Shown one piece after another: positions 11,405 to 21,804 of a DNA stretch of 64,000 nt (position 1 is its first letter; each line of letters starts with the position of its first letter). The stretch lies in the NCBI GenBank assembly GCA_047602425.1, contig JASGHG010000001.1, forward strand, positions 1,376,001 through 1,440,000, read 5' to 3'. The notes beneath the pieces were generated by a model. It worked only from the letters and a program-made list of their open reading frames with translations. It ran no database searches and was not told the origin of the DNA. This DNA is from Nibricoccus sp. (lineage in GTDB: Bacteria; Verrucomicrobiota; Verrucomicrobiia; Opitutales; Opitutaceae). The translations under genes and the position numbers were made by a program.

Positions 11405-11803
11405 ATGCAACCAAATACTCCCGCCCCGGGCGCCCCCGCCGCCAAAACCATCCTCGTCGTCGACGACTACGCCAGCGTACGTTTCTACCACGCCAATCTC
11501 CTCCGTCAGGCCGGCTACAAAACCCTCGACGCCCGCGACGGCAACGAAGCCCTCGACAAGGTCCGGCAAAATCGCGTCGACCTCATCCTTCTCGATCTGA
11601 TCATGCCGAAAATGAGCGGCGAGGAATTTATCCGCCGCCTCCGCGCCATTCCGGAATTCGTTAATATCCCGCTGCTCATCGTTTCCTCCGAGGCGGCCGA
11701 GGATAGGATCCGTCCTATTGCCGGTAGTGGTCGTTTCGGCTTCGCCATCAAGCCGATTGTGCCCGGCTCCCTCTTGGAATCCATTCGCAAGCTGATCGCC
11801 TGA
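11405..11803 (+). CDS. Single-domain response regulator (CheY-like)
   Basis: ILVVDDY...LILLDLIMPKMSG...KP. Confidence 0.88.
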   Translation: MQPNTPAPGAPAAKTILVVDDYASVRFYHANLLRQAGYKTLDARDGNEALDKVRQNRVDLILLDLIMPKMSGEEFIRRLRAIPEFVNIPLLIVSSEAAEDRIRPIAGSGRFGFAIKPIVPGSLLESIRKLIA

Positions 11804-11808
11804 AGACC

Positions 11809-13857
11809 ATGCCCGTTGCCCCACCATCGCCCCGTCAGTCCTTTCCCTGGCTTCTCCACGCCAGGCGCTTGGGACTTTGCGTTCGGCAGAAAGCAGGGCC
11901 CTTGGTTAATCGTATTTTTCGTGGGAAAAACGGTGCCGCCTCGGGCGACCCGGTGACTGACGTGCTGGCTCTCCTTCCGTCGGTGGAATCGAATCGCGCC
12001 AACTTGCTCGATTTCGGCAAGGAGACCGATGCCGAGTTCACCGAACTCGCTCAGGGACTCTCCGAACTCAACACGCGCTTTTCCAACATTCGCGAGCAAG
12101 CCGAAGCGCTCGACACGATCCTCCATCAACGCGACAAGGAAAACATTCTCGCCGCCGCATACCAGGTCTACCGAAGCTCCGTGGATCTCGTACATGCCAG
12201 CATGGGCATTGCTCTTTCCGAGCAACAGCAGATGGAACAAGTCGAGTCCGCGTTGACCCACGCCTGCCGCGTTCAGGAAACATTTAACCGCAACAACCTT
12301 CTCCTGCGCATTCTCACCATGAGCATTCGCATGGAGGCCTCGCGTATCGACTCGGAAAACCGTGCCGTCTTCCTAAATGTCGCCGCCGCCATAGCGGAAA
12401 TCGACAGCAAAATCGCCCAAACCACCGCCGCCGCCTTCAACCGCATTGAACAGGTCATTGAAGAGGCCCGCCAGGAAAGACATGCCCTCCACGGTCTCGA
12501 ACAAAATCTCAAATCCCGCGCTCAACAAAGCATCGACAAGTTACAGGGCGAATTGGCCGGCTACAAGGAGTCGCTCCTTCCCTGCGCCGACCTTTCCTGC
12601 AAAATCGGCGAACTCTTTGCCCAGACCGGCCCACTCACGCTCCAGATCGTCACTTCGCTGCAATATCAGGATATCGTTCGCCAGCAGCTTGAACACGTCG
12701 CTTTCGGTTTCGGCGACATCACCAGCCATCTTCACGACCTCCAGGGCTCTTGCGGTGAAAATACTCAACCCGAACTAGGCTTTATCCACCACGCCGCAAG
12801 CGTCCAGCATGCGCACCTTGCCTCCTCTCGCGAAGAAATTGAAAAGGCGGGCCACAATGTCGCCGATGGCATCAAGCAACTGCTCGCCCTCGGCCAGATC
12901 CTTATCGGCCATTTCAACGACATGGAGAAGGCCGCACAAACCGTTTTCGGTCACGCCAATATTTCCGCCCTTTTCAAGCACGAGATCCACCAACTCGCCC
13001 TCATTGCCGACCAAAGCGAAAAGGCCAACGCCAAGATCTCCCTCCTCGTCGAAAAGATCGACGATGTCGTTCGCGTTTTCTCCCGGGAAATCACCGCCCA
13101 CGAATTCGAGGTCAAACTCGTCTCCCTGAACGCGCAAATCGCCGCCGCCCGCCTCAGCTCCGCCGAAGCCCTCAATAAACTCGCCGAGGAATCCAGCCTC
13201 GCCGCCACGTCGAACGCGGCCGCCACTGAGGAACTCACCCGCGAACTTCAAAACTGCCTCTCCCAACTCCAGGGCATCAAAAACGACGCCGACCAGTTCA
13301 TGGAAATCGTCACCCAGGAGAAAACCGAAATGGAGAAAAACGCCGCCAACGTCAGCCAACAACTCGCGCTCCTCGGCGAACGAATCGGCAGCCGTTCCAG
13401 CGACGTGCGAAAACAATTCTCAACCATTCATGAGGCCCAAAACGAACTCCTTTCCCGTTTGCGCTTCAGTGAACTCATTGACGCCACTTACCAGCCGGCA
13501 ATCGTACTCTGCGACAACCTTCGCGCCGCCACTCGTGCTTACGCGCTTCCCGAGGATCTTACCGAGGAAGGCCACCGCAAGCTCACTGCCCACCAAAGCC
13601 GTTATACGATGGAAAGCGAAAGTGAGCTCCATGCCAATGCCCTCGGCCAGACCAAAACCGCCAAAATAACACAAACCGGAAGCGGCGCGGGCGATATCGA
13701 TCTTTTCGACACCGTTTCCGCTGAGTCTTCGCAAATTCCAGAGATCGCTGCCCCAACTACATCTCCGGAGGAGACGTCCGTGCAGTCCGACGCCGCGCCA
13801 ACGCCCGAAAGCCGCGACAAGAAAGAGGACCTCGGCGACGGGATTGAACTTTTCTGA
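11809..13857 (+). CDS. Soluble coiled-coil MCP-like protein with CheZ-like QDxxxQ motif
   Basis: Two degenerate MCP tip-like segments (MSIRMEASR; VSLNAQIAAAR), LQYQDIVRQQLEHV, C-terminal DLGDGIELF; no TM helix. Confidence 0.65.
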   Translation: MPVAPPSPRQSFPWLLHARRLGLCVRQKAGPLVNRIFRGKNGAASGDPVTDVLALLPSVESNRANLLDFGKETDAEFTELAQGLSELNTRFSNIREQAEALDTILHQRDKENILAAAYQVYRSSVDLVHASMGIALSEQQQMEQVESALTHACRVQETFNRNNLLLRILTMSIRMEASRIDSENRAVFLNVAAAIAEIDSKIAQTTAAAFNRIEQVIEEARQERHALHGLEQNLKSRAQQSIDKLQGELAGYKESLLPCADLSCKIGELFAQTGPLTLQIVTSLQYQDIVRQQLEHVAFGFGDITSHLHDLQGSCGENTQPELGFIHHAASVQHAHLASSREEIEKAGHNVADGIKQLLALGQILIGHFNDMEKAAQTVFGHANISALFKHEIHQLALIADQSEKANAKISLLVEKIDDVVRVFSREITAHEFEVKLVSLNAQIAAARLSSAEALNKLAEESSLAATSNAAATEELTRELQNCLSQLQGIKNDADQFMEIVTQEKTEMEKNAANVSQQLALLGERIGSRSSDVRKQFSTIHEAQNELLSRLRFSELIDATYQPAIVLCDNLRAATRAYALPEDLTEEGHRKLTAHQSRYTMESESELHANALGQTKTAKITQTGSGAGDIDLFDTVSAESSQIPEIAAPTTSPEETSVQSDAAPTPESRDKKEDLGDGIELF

Positions 13858-13863
13858 CGACCG

Positions 13864-16800
13864 ATGAAATCGCGCATTCTCATCATCGAAGACGAACCTT
13901 TTTACGCCGCCATTTTGATGCAGCAGCTAAGGGAGCTCGGTTATGACACCGCCGGTCACACAACCAGCGGCGAGCAGGCCATTGCCCTGGCGTCACCGGG
14001 AAAATTCGATCTCGCCTTCGTCGACCTGCGGCTGGATGGCGAACTCGACGGCATCGATACCGCCCGTCTCCTCCGCGACAAATCTGGCCTCGAGTCCGTC
14101 CTCATGACGGGCACAACTGACCAAAATCTCATTGAACGCGCTCTTGCCGCCCAACCTTACGGATTCCTTTCCAAGCCGTTTCATCCCCAAGCGCTCAAAC
14201 TTTCCGTCGAGATGGCTCTTCAGCGCCTCCGCGCGGAGTCGACTCTCCGCGAACGCGAAGAACAACTCGTGACGGTGCTCAAGACCTCCATGGACGGCTT
14301 CTGGACCGTTTCCTTCGAAGGCCTGATCCTCGACGTCAATGATGCCGCCTGCCAGATGACGGGTTACAGTCGCGAAGAGCTGCTTATGATGAGCATTTCG
14401 CAACTCGAATATGGTCGAACACCCGAACAGATCGCCACCGGCTTGGAATTGGTGATCAAGCAAGGTTCTGTGCAAATCGAGCGTCTTGCCCGCTGCAAGG
14501 ATGGCCGGGTGCGCCTCATCGATATGAGCGTGACCTGCTCGCCGACGCCTTTGCGCCGACTTTACTGCTTCGGCCGCGATATCACCGAGCGGCGCATGGC
14601 GGAAAATTCCCTGCGCGAACGCGAACATCACCTCCGCGCCATCATCGATAATATTCCCGATGCGGCTTGGTTAAAGGACAATCAGGGACGCTACCTCGCG
14701 GTGAATTCCGTCTGGTGCAAATACTACAACAAGAAACCGGAAAATGTAATCGGCAGAACCGACTACGATTTTTTCCCGCCCGAACAAGCCACGGCCTACT
14801 GGCAGCGCGACGAACAAGTTCGCCAATCTCGCGAGCCTATCTGCACGGAAGTCGAGCATGCGGGTGAAAATGGCCAAATCGCGTGGCTCGAAGTGCGTAA
14901 AGCTCCGTTCTTCGATGCACAGAATAATTGCGTTGGAATGGTCGGCATTACTCGTGATGTGACTCAGCGTCGTGAAGCCGAACTCAAGCTTCAACTCCTT
15001 AAGCGCGCCGTCGAACAAAGTCCCGCCTCCATCGTCATCACAAATACAGCCGGAACCATCGAATATGTTAATCCCTACTTCGAAAAGCACACCGGTTATT
15101 CCTCCAGCGAAGCGATTGGGTCGAATCCCCGTATGCTGAATTCCGGCGAGCATCCTCAGGAGTTTTTCAAAAACCTCTGGAACACCATCATCACCGGCCA
15201 GGAATGGCGCGGCGAGATCCGCAACCGGCGTAAAGACGGCACACTTTATTGGGAACAGGCGTCGATTTCCCCGATGCGCAACGAAAATGGCGAGATCGTC
15301 AACTTTGTCGCCGTCAAGGAAGACATCACCGATCGCAAGAATGCCGAACTCACCATGGCCTGGCAGTCCGCCTTGGTGGAAAACTCGGTCGATATCTGCT
15401 GCGTCAAGGACCTCAACCTTCGCGTGCTCACTGCCAATCAGGCCATGGCACGTGCCGCCGGTTTCGATACTCCGGAACAACTTATCGGCAAAACCGACGC
15501 GGAAATTTTCCGCAAGCCGTTCAACTCCGAGGAAGCGCGCATCTACATGGAGGACGACCTCGCCACCCAGCTTCTCCAGCCCGGCCAGGTGCTCGTCCGC
15601 CAGGAAAAATTCCATAGCCCCGATGGCTCCGAAAAGTTCCTGCTTACGCGCAAATTTCCCGTTTTCAATCGCGAACTAAAACTCATTGCCACCGCCAATA
15701 TTTCCACCGACATCACCGATGCCAAGCGCTCCGAGCGCGAGCTCATCCGTGCCCGCGACGAAGCCGAGGCGGCCAACCGCGCCAAGAGCACGTTCCTCGC
15801 GACCATGAGCCACGAGTTGCGCACGCCGCTCAATGTCATCAATGGCATGGCCGCCATTCTCGCCCAGTCCAGCTGGCCGCCCGAGCAACAACACGCCATC
15901 GAAATGATCTCCGAGGGAGGCAACACGCTCCTCACCATTATCGAGGAAATCCTCGATTACTCCGGCCTGCAGGCAGGCAAAACCAAACTCGAGCTCGCGA
16001 CGTTTTCTCCCCTCAGCGTTGCCGGCAACGCCCTCCGGTTGTTTTCGGCCACCGCACTTTCGAAGGGCATCGTTATCACCTGCGCCTTCGATCCCAATAC
16101 GCCCGCTGAGGTGATCGGCGATCCACGCCGCCTTCAACAGGTGCTCGTCAATCTCCTTCAGAACGCCGTCAAGTTCACCGAGCGCGGTCGCGTCCATCTC
16201 AAGCTCAGCGTGACCGCGGAAACCGCGCAGGATTACACGATCAATTTCATGGTGCTCGATACTGGCATCGGCATCACACCCGAGAGCCTCAGCCGACTCT
16301 TCCAGCCCTTTACCCAGGCTGACGGCACCATCACCCGGCGTTTCGGAGGCACGGGTCTCGGCCTCGCCATCTCCAAGTCTTTCATCGAACTCATGGGCGG
16401 AACCATCTCGGCCCGCAGCCGGCATGGGCGCGGCTCCGCCTTCAGCTTCTCGGTAAAACTATCCGCCACCGCCAACCGCTCAACCGCCTTTGCCTCGCTC
16501 GCCCAACCTGTTTTCCGCGGCCGCCGGGTGCTCGTTGCCGCGCGAAAGGGCGCTCAGCAACGCACTCTGCTCGCCCTCCTGCGGTCCTGGCAAATGGCGC
16601 CCGAAACCGTTGATCTCAGCGCGCATCACGACGGGGTACCACCTTTTGATGTCGCCGTCCTTCCGGCGCCACCCGTAGACGGCGCAGCACCCGCGCTTCT
16701 CGATCCTGCTCTCCCTGTCGTTTGGTTCGGACGCAAGGAAAACTCCGTTGCGCAAAATTCCCGGGCGCGCTGCATCGGCACAGCGCTCGATGCCACTGCC

Positions 16801-17736
16801 CTCGCTTCAACCCTTGCGGAACTGTTCGCGCATCCAATCTCGAGCGCCGCACAATCGTCCCAACCTGCGGAAACAGCGCCTTCAACCAAACTCGTCCCGC
16901 CGTCCATCTCGATTCTCGCCGCAGAAGATAACCGAACTAATCGCGAAGTCATAAAACTCGTTCTCAACCATCTCGGCTATACCGCGGACTTGGTCATCAA
17001 CGGAGCCGAGGCCGTTGAAGCCGTCCAAAAGAAACGCTACGACCTTCTTCTCCTGGACGTCCAGATGCCTGTCATGGACGGCCTCACCGCCGCATCGGAA
17101 ATCTGCCGCCTCTTCCCCGATCCCGCAAAACGCGTCCGCATTGTCGCCCTGACCGCTAACGCTCTCCCTGGCGACCGTGAACGCTGCATCTCTGCCGGCA
17201 TGGATGACTACTTGAGCAAACCCATCCTTCCCGCGGAACTCCATGCGTGCATCCAGCGTCATTTCGGCAAAACTCCCGGAGGCAATGTGCCCAAAACTGT
17301 CGCCCCCGCCACACCGGCTCAACCGTCCCGATCGGAACCCACTCCCGCACCTCTGATCGATCGGTCCCATCTCCAGACGATTACCGCAGGCATGACTTGC
17401 GAACAGGTCATCGAAACCCTCACTCACCTCCACGGCTCCGTTTGTACCGATTTTTCGGATACATTTCCGCTGATTTCAAAAATCTGCATCGCCCGAAACC
17501 AAAAGCAATTCGCCGAAACCATCCATGGACTAAAAGGTTGTTTCATGATGACAGGATGGACCCGCGCCGGAAAACTCTGCGCCCAGGCCCTCGCCGCCGC
17601 GCGTCAGGACAACTTTTCAAACTGGGAGAAATTTCCCAACGAATTGCAGGAACTTTATGCCATCTCCAATCAGGCCATGACCGCTCACCTCTCCCTCCTG
17701 CAAACGCAGAATAAAGAATGCGGAATTAAGAGTTAA
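13864..17736 (+). CDS. Hybrid histidine kinase (REC, PAS x4, HisKA/HATPase, degenerate REC, REC, Hpt)
   Basis: FLATMSHELRTPLN, NLLQNAVKFT, DTGIGI, TRRFGGTGLGL, AEDN...LDVQMPVMDG, Hpt-like IHGLKG. Confidence 0.92.
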   Translation: MKSRILIIEDEPFYAAILMQQLRELGYDTAGHTTSGEQAIALASPGKFDLAFVDLRLDGELDGIDTARLLRDKSGLESVLMTGTTDQNLIERALAAQPYGFLSKPFHPQALKLSVEMALQRLRAESTLREREEQLVTVLKTSMDGFWTVSFEGLILDVNDAACQMTGYSREELLMMSISQLEYGRTPEQIATGLELVIKQGSVQIERLARCKDGRVRLIDMSVTCSPTPLRRLYCFGRDITERRMAENSLREREHHLRAIIDNIPDAAWLKDNQGRYLAVNSVWCKYYNKKPENVIGRTDYDFFPPEQATAYWQRDEQVRQSREPICTEVEHAGENGQIAWLEVRKAPFFDAQNNCVGMVGITRDVTQRREAELKLQLLKRAVEQSPASIVITNTAGTIEYVNPYFEKHTGYSSSEAIGSNPRMLNSGEHPQEFFKNLWNTIITGQEWRGEIRNRRKDGTLYWEQASISPMRNENGEIVNFVAVKEDITDRKNAELTMAWQSALVENSVDICCVKDLNLRVLTANQAMARAAGFDTPEQLIGKTDAEIFRKPFNSEEARIYMEDDLATQLLQPGQVLVRQEKFHSPDGSEKFLLTRKFPVFNRELKLIATANISTDITDAKRSERELIRARDEAEAANRAKSTFLATMSHELRTPLNVINGMAAILAQSSWPPEQQHAIEMISEGGNTLLTIIEEILDYSGLQAGKTKLELATFSPLSVAGNALRLFSATALSKGIVITCAFDPNTPAEVIGDPRRLQQVLVNLLQNAVKFTERGRVHLKLSVTAETAQDYTINFMVLDTGIGITPESLSRLFQPFTQADGTITRRFGGTGLGLAISKSFIELMGGTISARSRHGRGSAFSFSVKLSATANRSTAFASLAQPVFRGRRVLVAARKGAQQRTLLALLRSWQMAPETVDLSAHHDGVPPFDVAVLPAPPVDGAAPALLDPALPVVWFGRKENSVAQNSRARCIGTALDATALASTLAELFAHPISSAAQSSQPAETAPSTKLVPPSISILAAEDNRTNREVIKLVLNHLGYTADLVINGAEAVEAVQKKRYDLLLLDVQMPVMDGLTAASEICRLFPDPAKRVRIVALTANALPGDRERCISAGMDDYLSKPILPAELHACIQRHFGKTPGGNVPKTVAPATPAQPSRSEPTPAPLIDRSHLQTITAGMTCEQVIETLTHLHGSVCTDFSDTFPLISKICIARNQKQFAETIHGLKGCFMMTGWTRAGKLCAQALAAARQDNFSNWEKFPNELQELYAISNQAMTAHLSLLQTQNKECGIKS

Positions 17737-17757
17737 ATTTCCACCAATACGCAGCCC

Positions 17758-18045
17758 ATGCCTTTCACGCTTCACCTCGATGGCTCCTGCCTCCAAGTCA
17801 CCCTCTCCGGTGAACTCAACATTGCGCAGGCTCGCGAATTTGCAGACGCACTCAAACCGGCCCTGCAACCGGAATGCACCCTCGCGATCGACGCCTCTGA
17901 ACTTTCCCGACTCGACGCCGCCATTTTGCAAATTCTCCTCGCCGGCACCCAATTCGCCGCCGAAGCGACCCTCGTTGCCGCCAGCCCCGCTTGGAAAACC
18001 GCCTTTTCCCGCTACGCCTCGCCTGATCCATTCCGTATTCTCTAA
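17758..18045 (+). CDS. STAS domain protein
   Basis: LSGELNI...IDASELSRLDAAILQIL; position before cheY-cheA. Confidence 0.82.
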   Translation: MPFTLHLDGSCLQVTLSGELNIAQAREFADALKPALQPECTLAIDASELSRLDAAILQILLAGTQFAAEATLVAASPAWKTAFSRYASPDPFRIL

Positions 18046-18056
18046 AACCACCCGCC

Positions 18057-18425
18057 ATGCCCAAAACCATCATCACCGTCGATGACTCCATGAGCATCCG
18101 AGAAACCGTAAAAATGACTCTTCAGTCCGCGGGCTACCGGGTCGTCACCGCCGAGGATGGCGCGCGCGGACTTCAGGTTTGCCAGCAGGAAAAAGCCGAC
18201 CTCGTCATCACCGACCTCAACATGCCCAACGTCGATGGCATCACCCTCATCGCAAATCTCCGCGCACTGCCGCAATACAAGTTTACCCCGATTCTCATGC
18301 TCACCACCGAATCGAACGACGAGAAAAAGAACGCCGGCAAACGCGCTGGCGCTACCGGCTGGATCGTCAAACCTTTCGACCCCGCCCGTTTCCTCGCTGT
18401 CGTGCAAAAAGTCTGCCCGGCCTGA
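18057..18425 (+). CDS. cheY: Chemotaxis response regulator CheY
   Basis: TVDDSMSIR, ITDLNMPNVDG, TPILMLTTES, GATGWIVKPF. Confidence 0.93.
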   Translation: MPKTIITVDDSMSIRETVKMTLQSAGYRVVTAEDGARGLQVCQQEKADLVITDLNMPNVDGITLIANLRALPQYKFTPILMLTTESNDEKKNAGKRAGATGWIVKPFDPARFLAVVQKVCPA

Positions 18426-18455
18426 GCCGTTTTCCATTCTTACATCAACATCTCC

Positions 18456-20558
18456 GTGAACTTCGACGAAATCCAACAACGCAGCCGTGAAATTTTCCGC
18501 ATCGAAGCGGCCGATCTCCTCGGCGAACTCGAAAGTTCTCTCCTGGAACTTGAAGCCGCGCCCGGCGAAACGGCGATTCTTCACCGCGTCTTTCGCGTGA
18601 TGCATACTTTGAAAGGTTCGGGTGCCACCAGTGGTTATCAAGATCTCTCATCCTTTCTCCATCATGTGGAAGACGTCTACAATGCCGCTCGTGAAGGCCG
18701 CGTAGCCGTTTCATCCACGCTCATCGACCTCACCCTCAAGATTGGCGACACGATTCGTCGTTATCTCGCCGCCACCGCAACGGAGGCTCAAGCCGTCCTC
18801 GCCGCGGCCCAGCCACATCTGAACGCCTTGCTCGCTTTCATGCCCACGGCCGGCACCGCCCATGAAACTATCGCTACCGCCAAACGCCTGTCCGTCCGCT
18901 TTCAGCCCCACGCTCACCTTTTTCAAACGGGCAATGACCCCGGCGTCTTTCTCGACGACCTCCGCAACCTCGCGCCGTGCGTCATCAAGATTTCCGACAC
19001 GCAAATTCCGCCGCTCCAAACCCTCGATCCTGAAGCCTGCTATCTCAGTTGGAATATCGAGTTCACGGCCCCCGTGAAAGAAGAAGCAATTCGGGAAGTG
19101 TTCCAATTTGTCGAAGGCGACTGCGACCTCGATATCCAACCCGTCGCCGATCCCGTAGACGATCCTGACGCCGACCTATTTCGCGATCCCACCACTTCAA
19201 AATCCGAAATTCAAAATCCTAAATCCGACATCGCGGACTTCAAAATCACTCTCCCGCCAGCAGCCGCTTCCTCTGAAATTTCAAATTTCAAATCGGACCC
19301 CCTCAACAACAATACCCTATCTCCAAACGCGGAAATATCGCCTCAAAATGGCAGACGTCCCACGGCTACTGTAAGCGATACGCTGCGCGTCTCCTCGGAT
19401 CGGCTCGACCGCCTCGTCAATCTCATTGGCGAACTTGTCATTCTCAAATCGGTGGTGAGCAATGCCTGCGCTCAAAACCCCGACATTCCTCCCGCCCTGC
19501 ACGCCGCCTCGGAGACGCTACAAAGCCTCACGACTCAACTTCGCGACGAGGTGCTCAACATCCGGATGATGCAGATTGGGCAGACCTTCTCCAAATTCCG
19601 GCGTCTCGCCCGCGATCTCTCCCGCGAACTCGGCAAACAAGTCGAGCTTGTCGTCGAGGGTTCAGAAACCGAGATGGACAAAACCATTCTTGAGCGCCTC
19701 AACGATCCACTCGTCCATCTGGTCCGCAATTCGCTCGACCACGGGCTCGAAACGCCTGACGAACGCATCGCCACCGGCAAGCCCGTCGTTGGAAAACTGC
19801 GACTTTCCGCCGCGCAAAAAGGCGACCGCGTCGTCATCTCCGTCGGCGACGACGGCCGCGGCCTCGACCCTGCCGCCATCCGCGCCAAGGCCATTGAACG
19901 CGGCCTCCTGCAGCCAGATGCCACGCTCACAGACAATGAACTTTTCCAGATGGTCTTCCTGCCGGGATTTTCCACCGCAAAAGCCGTGTCGTCCCTTTCG
20001 GGACGCGGCGTCGGCCTCGATGTGGTCAAACGCACCATCGATCAGCTACGGGGCCGGATCGAACTTCGCAGCACGCACGGGAAAGGTGCCGAATTCCGCC
20101 TCTCGCTTCCTCTCACCCTCGCCATTATCGATGGGCTGATGGTTTCGGTTGGCAAAGATCACTACATTCTCCCGCTCAGCGCCGCCCGTGAAACGATCGA
20201 TCTGCCGCCCAGCCATCGAGCCGATGCCGGCCGTCGTAACCTCGTCGATCTTCGCGGCGAATTCATTCCCTATCTCCGTCTCCGCGATCTCTTTGACTAC
20301 GGGACTCCGCCTCCCGCATTGCGCGAACGCGTGGTCATCGTCGAGCTGGAACAATCCCGCCTTGGGCTCGTTGTCGACGAAGTTTTAGGAAACCACCAGA
20401 CAGTGATAAAATCGCTCGGCTGGATCGCGCCCGAAGCGCCTGTCTATTCCGGTGCCACCGTCCTCGGCGACGGCCGCGTCGCCCTCATCATCGACATTCC
20501 CGCCCTCGCCGCCTACGCCGCGCAACAAACCGGCATCTCGTCCCTCGCCAAAACCTGA
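18456..20558 (+). CDS. cheA: Chemotaxis histidine kinase CheA
   Basis: Hpt FRVMHTLKGS, DPLVHLVRNSLDHG, GFSTAKAVSSLSGRGVGLDVV, C-terminal CheW-like domain. Confidence 0.96.
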   Translation: MNFDEIQQRSREIFRIEAADLLGELESSLLELEAAPGETAILHRVFRVMHTLKGSGATSGYQDLSSFLHHVEDVYNAAREGRVAVSSTLIDLTLKIGDTIRRYLAATATEAQAVLAAAQPHLNALLAFMPTAGTAHETIATAKRLSVRFQPHAHLFQTGNDPGVFLDDLRNLAPCVIKISDTQIPPLQTLDPEACYLSWNIEFTAPVKEEAIREVFQFVEGDCDLDIQPVADPVDDPDADLFRDPTTSKSEIQNPKSDIADFKITLPPAAASSEISNFKSDPLNNNTLSPNAEISPQNGRRPTATVSDTLRVSSDRLDRLVNLIGELVILKSVVSNACAQNPDIPPALHAASETLQSLTTQLRDEVLNIRMMQIGQTFSKFRRLARDLSRELGKQVELVVEGSETEMDKTILERLNDPLVHLVRNSLDHGLETPDERIATGKPVVGKLRLSAAQKGDRVVISVGDDGRGLDPAAIRAKAIERGLLQPDATLTDNELFQMVFLPGFSTAKAVSSLSGRGVGLDVVKRTIDQLRGRIELRSTHGKGAEFRLSLPLTLAIIDGLMVSVGKDHYILPLSAARETIDLPPSHRADAGRRNLVDLRGEFIPYLRLRDLFDYGTPPPALRERVVIVELEQSRLGLVVDEVLGNHQTVIKSLGWIAPEAPVYSGATVLGDGRVALIIDIPALAAYAAQQTGISSLAKT

Positions 20559-20727
20559 CAGGCTCACGACCGCCCGCCTCCGCTTAAATACCACTTCCGC
20601 TCCCCTCGGTATTCAAGCCGTGCTTCTAAATATTTGTCCCTACCCGATAGTTTGTAATCTAATAGACTACAAACTATTCCGGTCACCCCAGATTAAATCT
20701 GACACCCAGACTTGTCCACCGAACCAA

Positions 20728-21672
20728 TCAATTGCAGCCGGCGTGCTGTTTGCGATGACGTAGCTGCGGATAAAGCTGCTGGAGGCGTGCGTAGGCAAAA
20801 TCGGCCAGTTCGCCATGCCCCATTGTGGTCGGGTGAACTCCGTCCCAGAACAGAAATACGTCAGGGTTGCCAGCCAGCACCGTCAGGTATGGATAAGTAA
20901 CATTGGAAAAACCGAACAAGTCCGCATCGTCAACGATCGCATGCATTGCGTCGAAAAGGCTGAACAGGCCAACAGCCGGCCCTGGACAGTGTTTGTTCGT
21001 TTTGAATTTCGCCGCTACAGCCGTATTCACCGTCTGGGTCACGACTGAAAGCAGTTCGTCATAACCGCTCGCCTGGGCATCGGGAGTCAGACCCAGATCT
21101 GCGACATCCACCACGAGAATGTGGCGCGCGCCCATCTTTTTGAGGCGTGAAACAGCTTCAAATAGGTTGCTGGCGACTTGATCGGCAAAAGCGGCGAGGG
21201 ACGATGGCATGCCCGATTCGGTCCAGAGAAAAATATCGTTGGCACCTGCTTGCACAATATAGAGCGCATGCGGGTCGGCGCGTCCGCCTGATGCTTTGGC
21301 AAACAGGTCGATTTCATCCTGCAAGCCCGGCAAACCGGGAATGCCGTAGGCAAAACTCACGTAGCTTTCGCGGCCCGAACATGCCCCGCCAAACGCGTAG
21401 TTCTCCAAGTCATCCGCGAGTCCGAGCTGCTCCGCAAGATACTCCACCCAAACCGGTCCATTGGAGAAATGGCCGTTTACATAATAAGGGGCCGGGGGAA
21501 TGGCGCCGCCTGTCGCGGTGAAAAGATTGCCGTCGTCGCTGATACTGTCTCCAAAGACCACGAGTTTTGAAAAGGGCGAATGGTCACGGGTCGAACCCGC
21601 TTGAACCACCACCGCCAAAAACATCGCCGCCACCAAAAAGCAACGACGAGCCAGAGCATGGGTCGTATTCAT
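20728..21672 (-). CDS. Secreted SGNH/GDSL hydrolase
   Basis: FGDSISD, NYAFGGA, GANDI, FWDGVHPT blocks; signal peptide. Confidence 0.9.
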   Translation of the reverse strand: MNTTHALARRCFLVAAMFLAVVVQAGSTRDHSPFSKLVVFGDSISDDGNLFTATGGAIPPAPYYVNGHFSNGPVWVEYLAEQLGLADDLENYAFGGACSGRESYVSFAYGIPGLPGLQDEIDLFAKASGGRADPHALYIVQAGANDIFLWTESGMPSSLAAFADQVASNLFEAVSRLKKMGARHILVVDVADLGLTPDAQASGYDELLSVVTQTVNTAVAAKFKTNKHCPGPAVGLFSLFDAMHAIVDDADLFGFSNVTYPYLTVLAGNPDVFLFWDGVHPTTMGHGELADFAYARLQQLYPQLRHRKQHAGCN

Positions 21673-21804
21673 GCGGCGAAAGATTGCGCCGTATTAACGA
21701 CTTGGCAAGGTTTCAGGCTCCGGGGGGAGTGACAAATCCGTGAATTCAGTCCCGCGTGCGCCAAAAATTTGCAGTTCGCCGCCGGTTTTGTATCTTTTCC
21801 GCAG

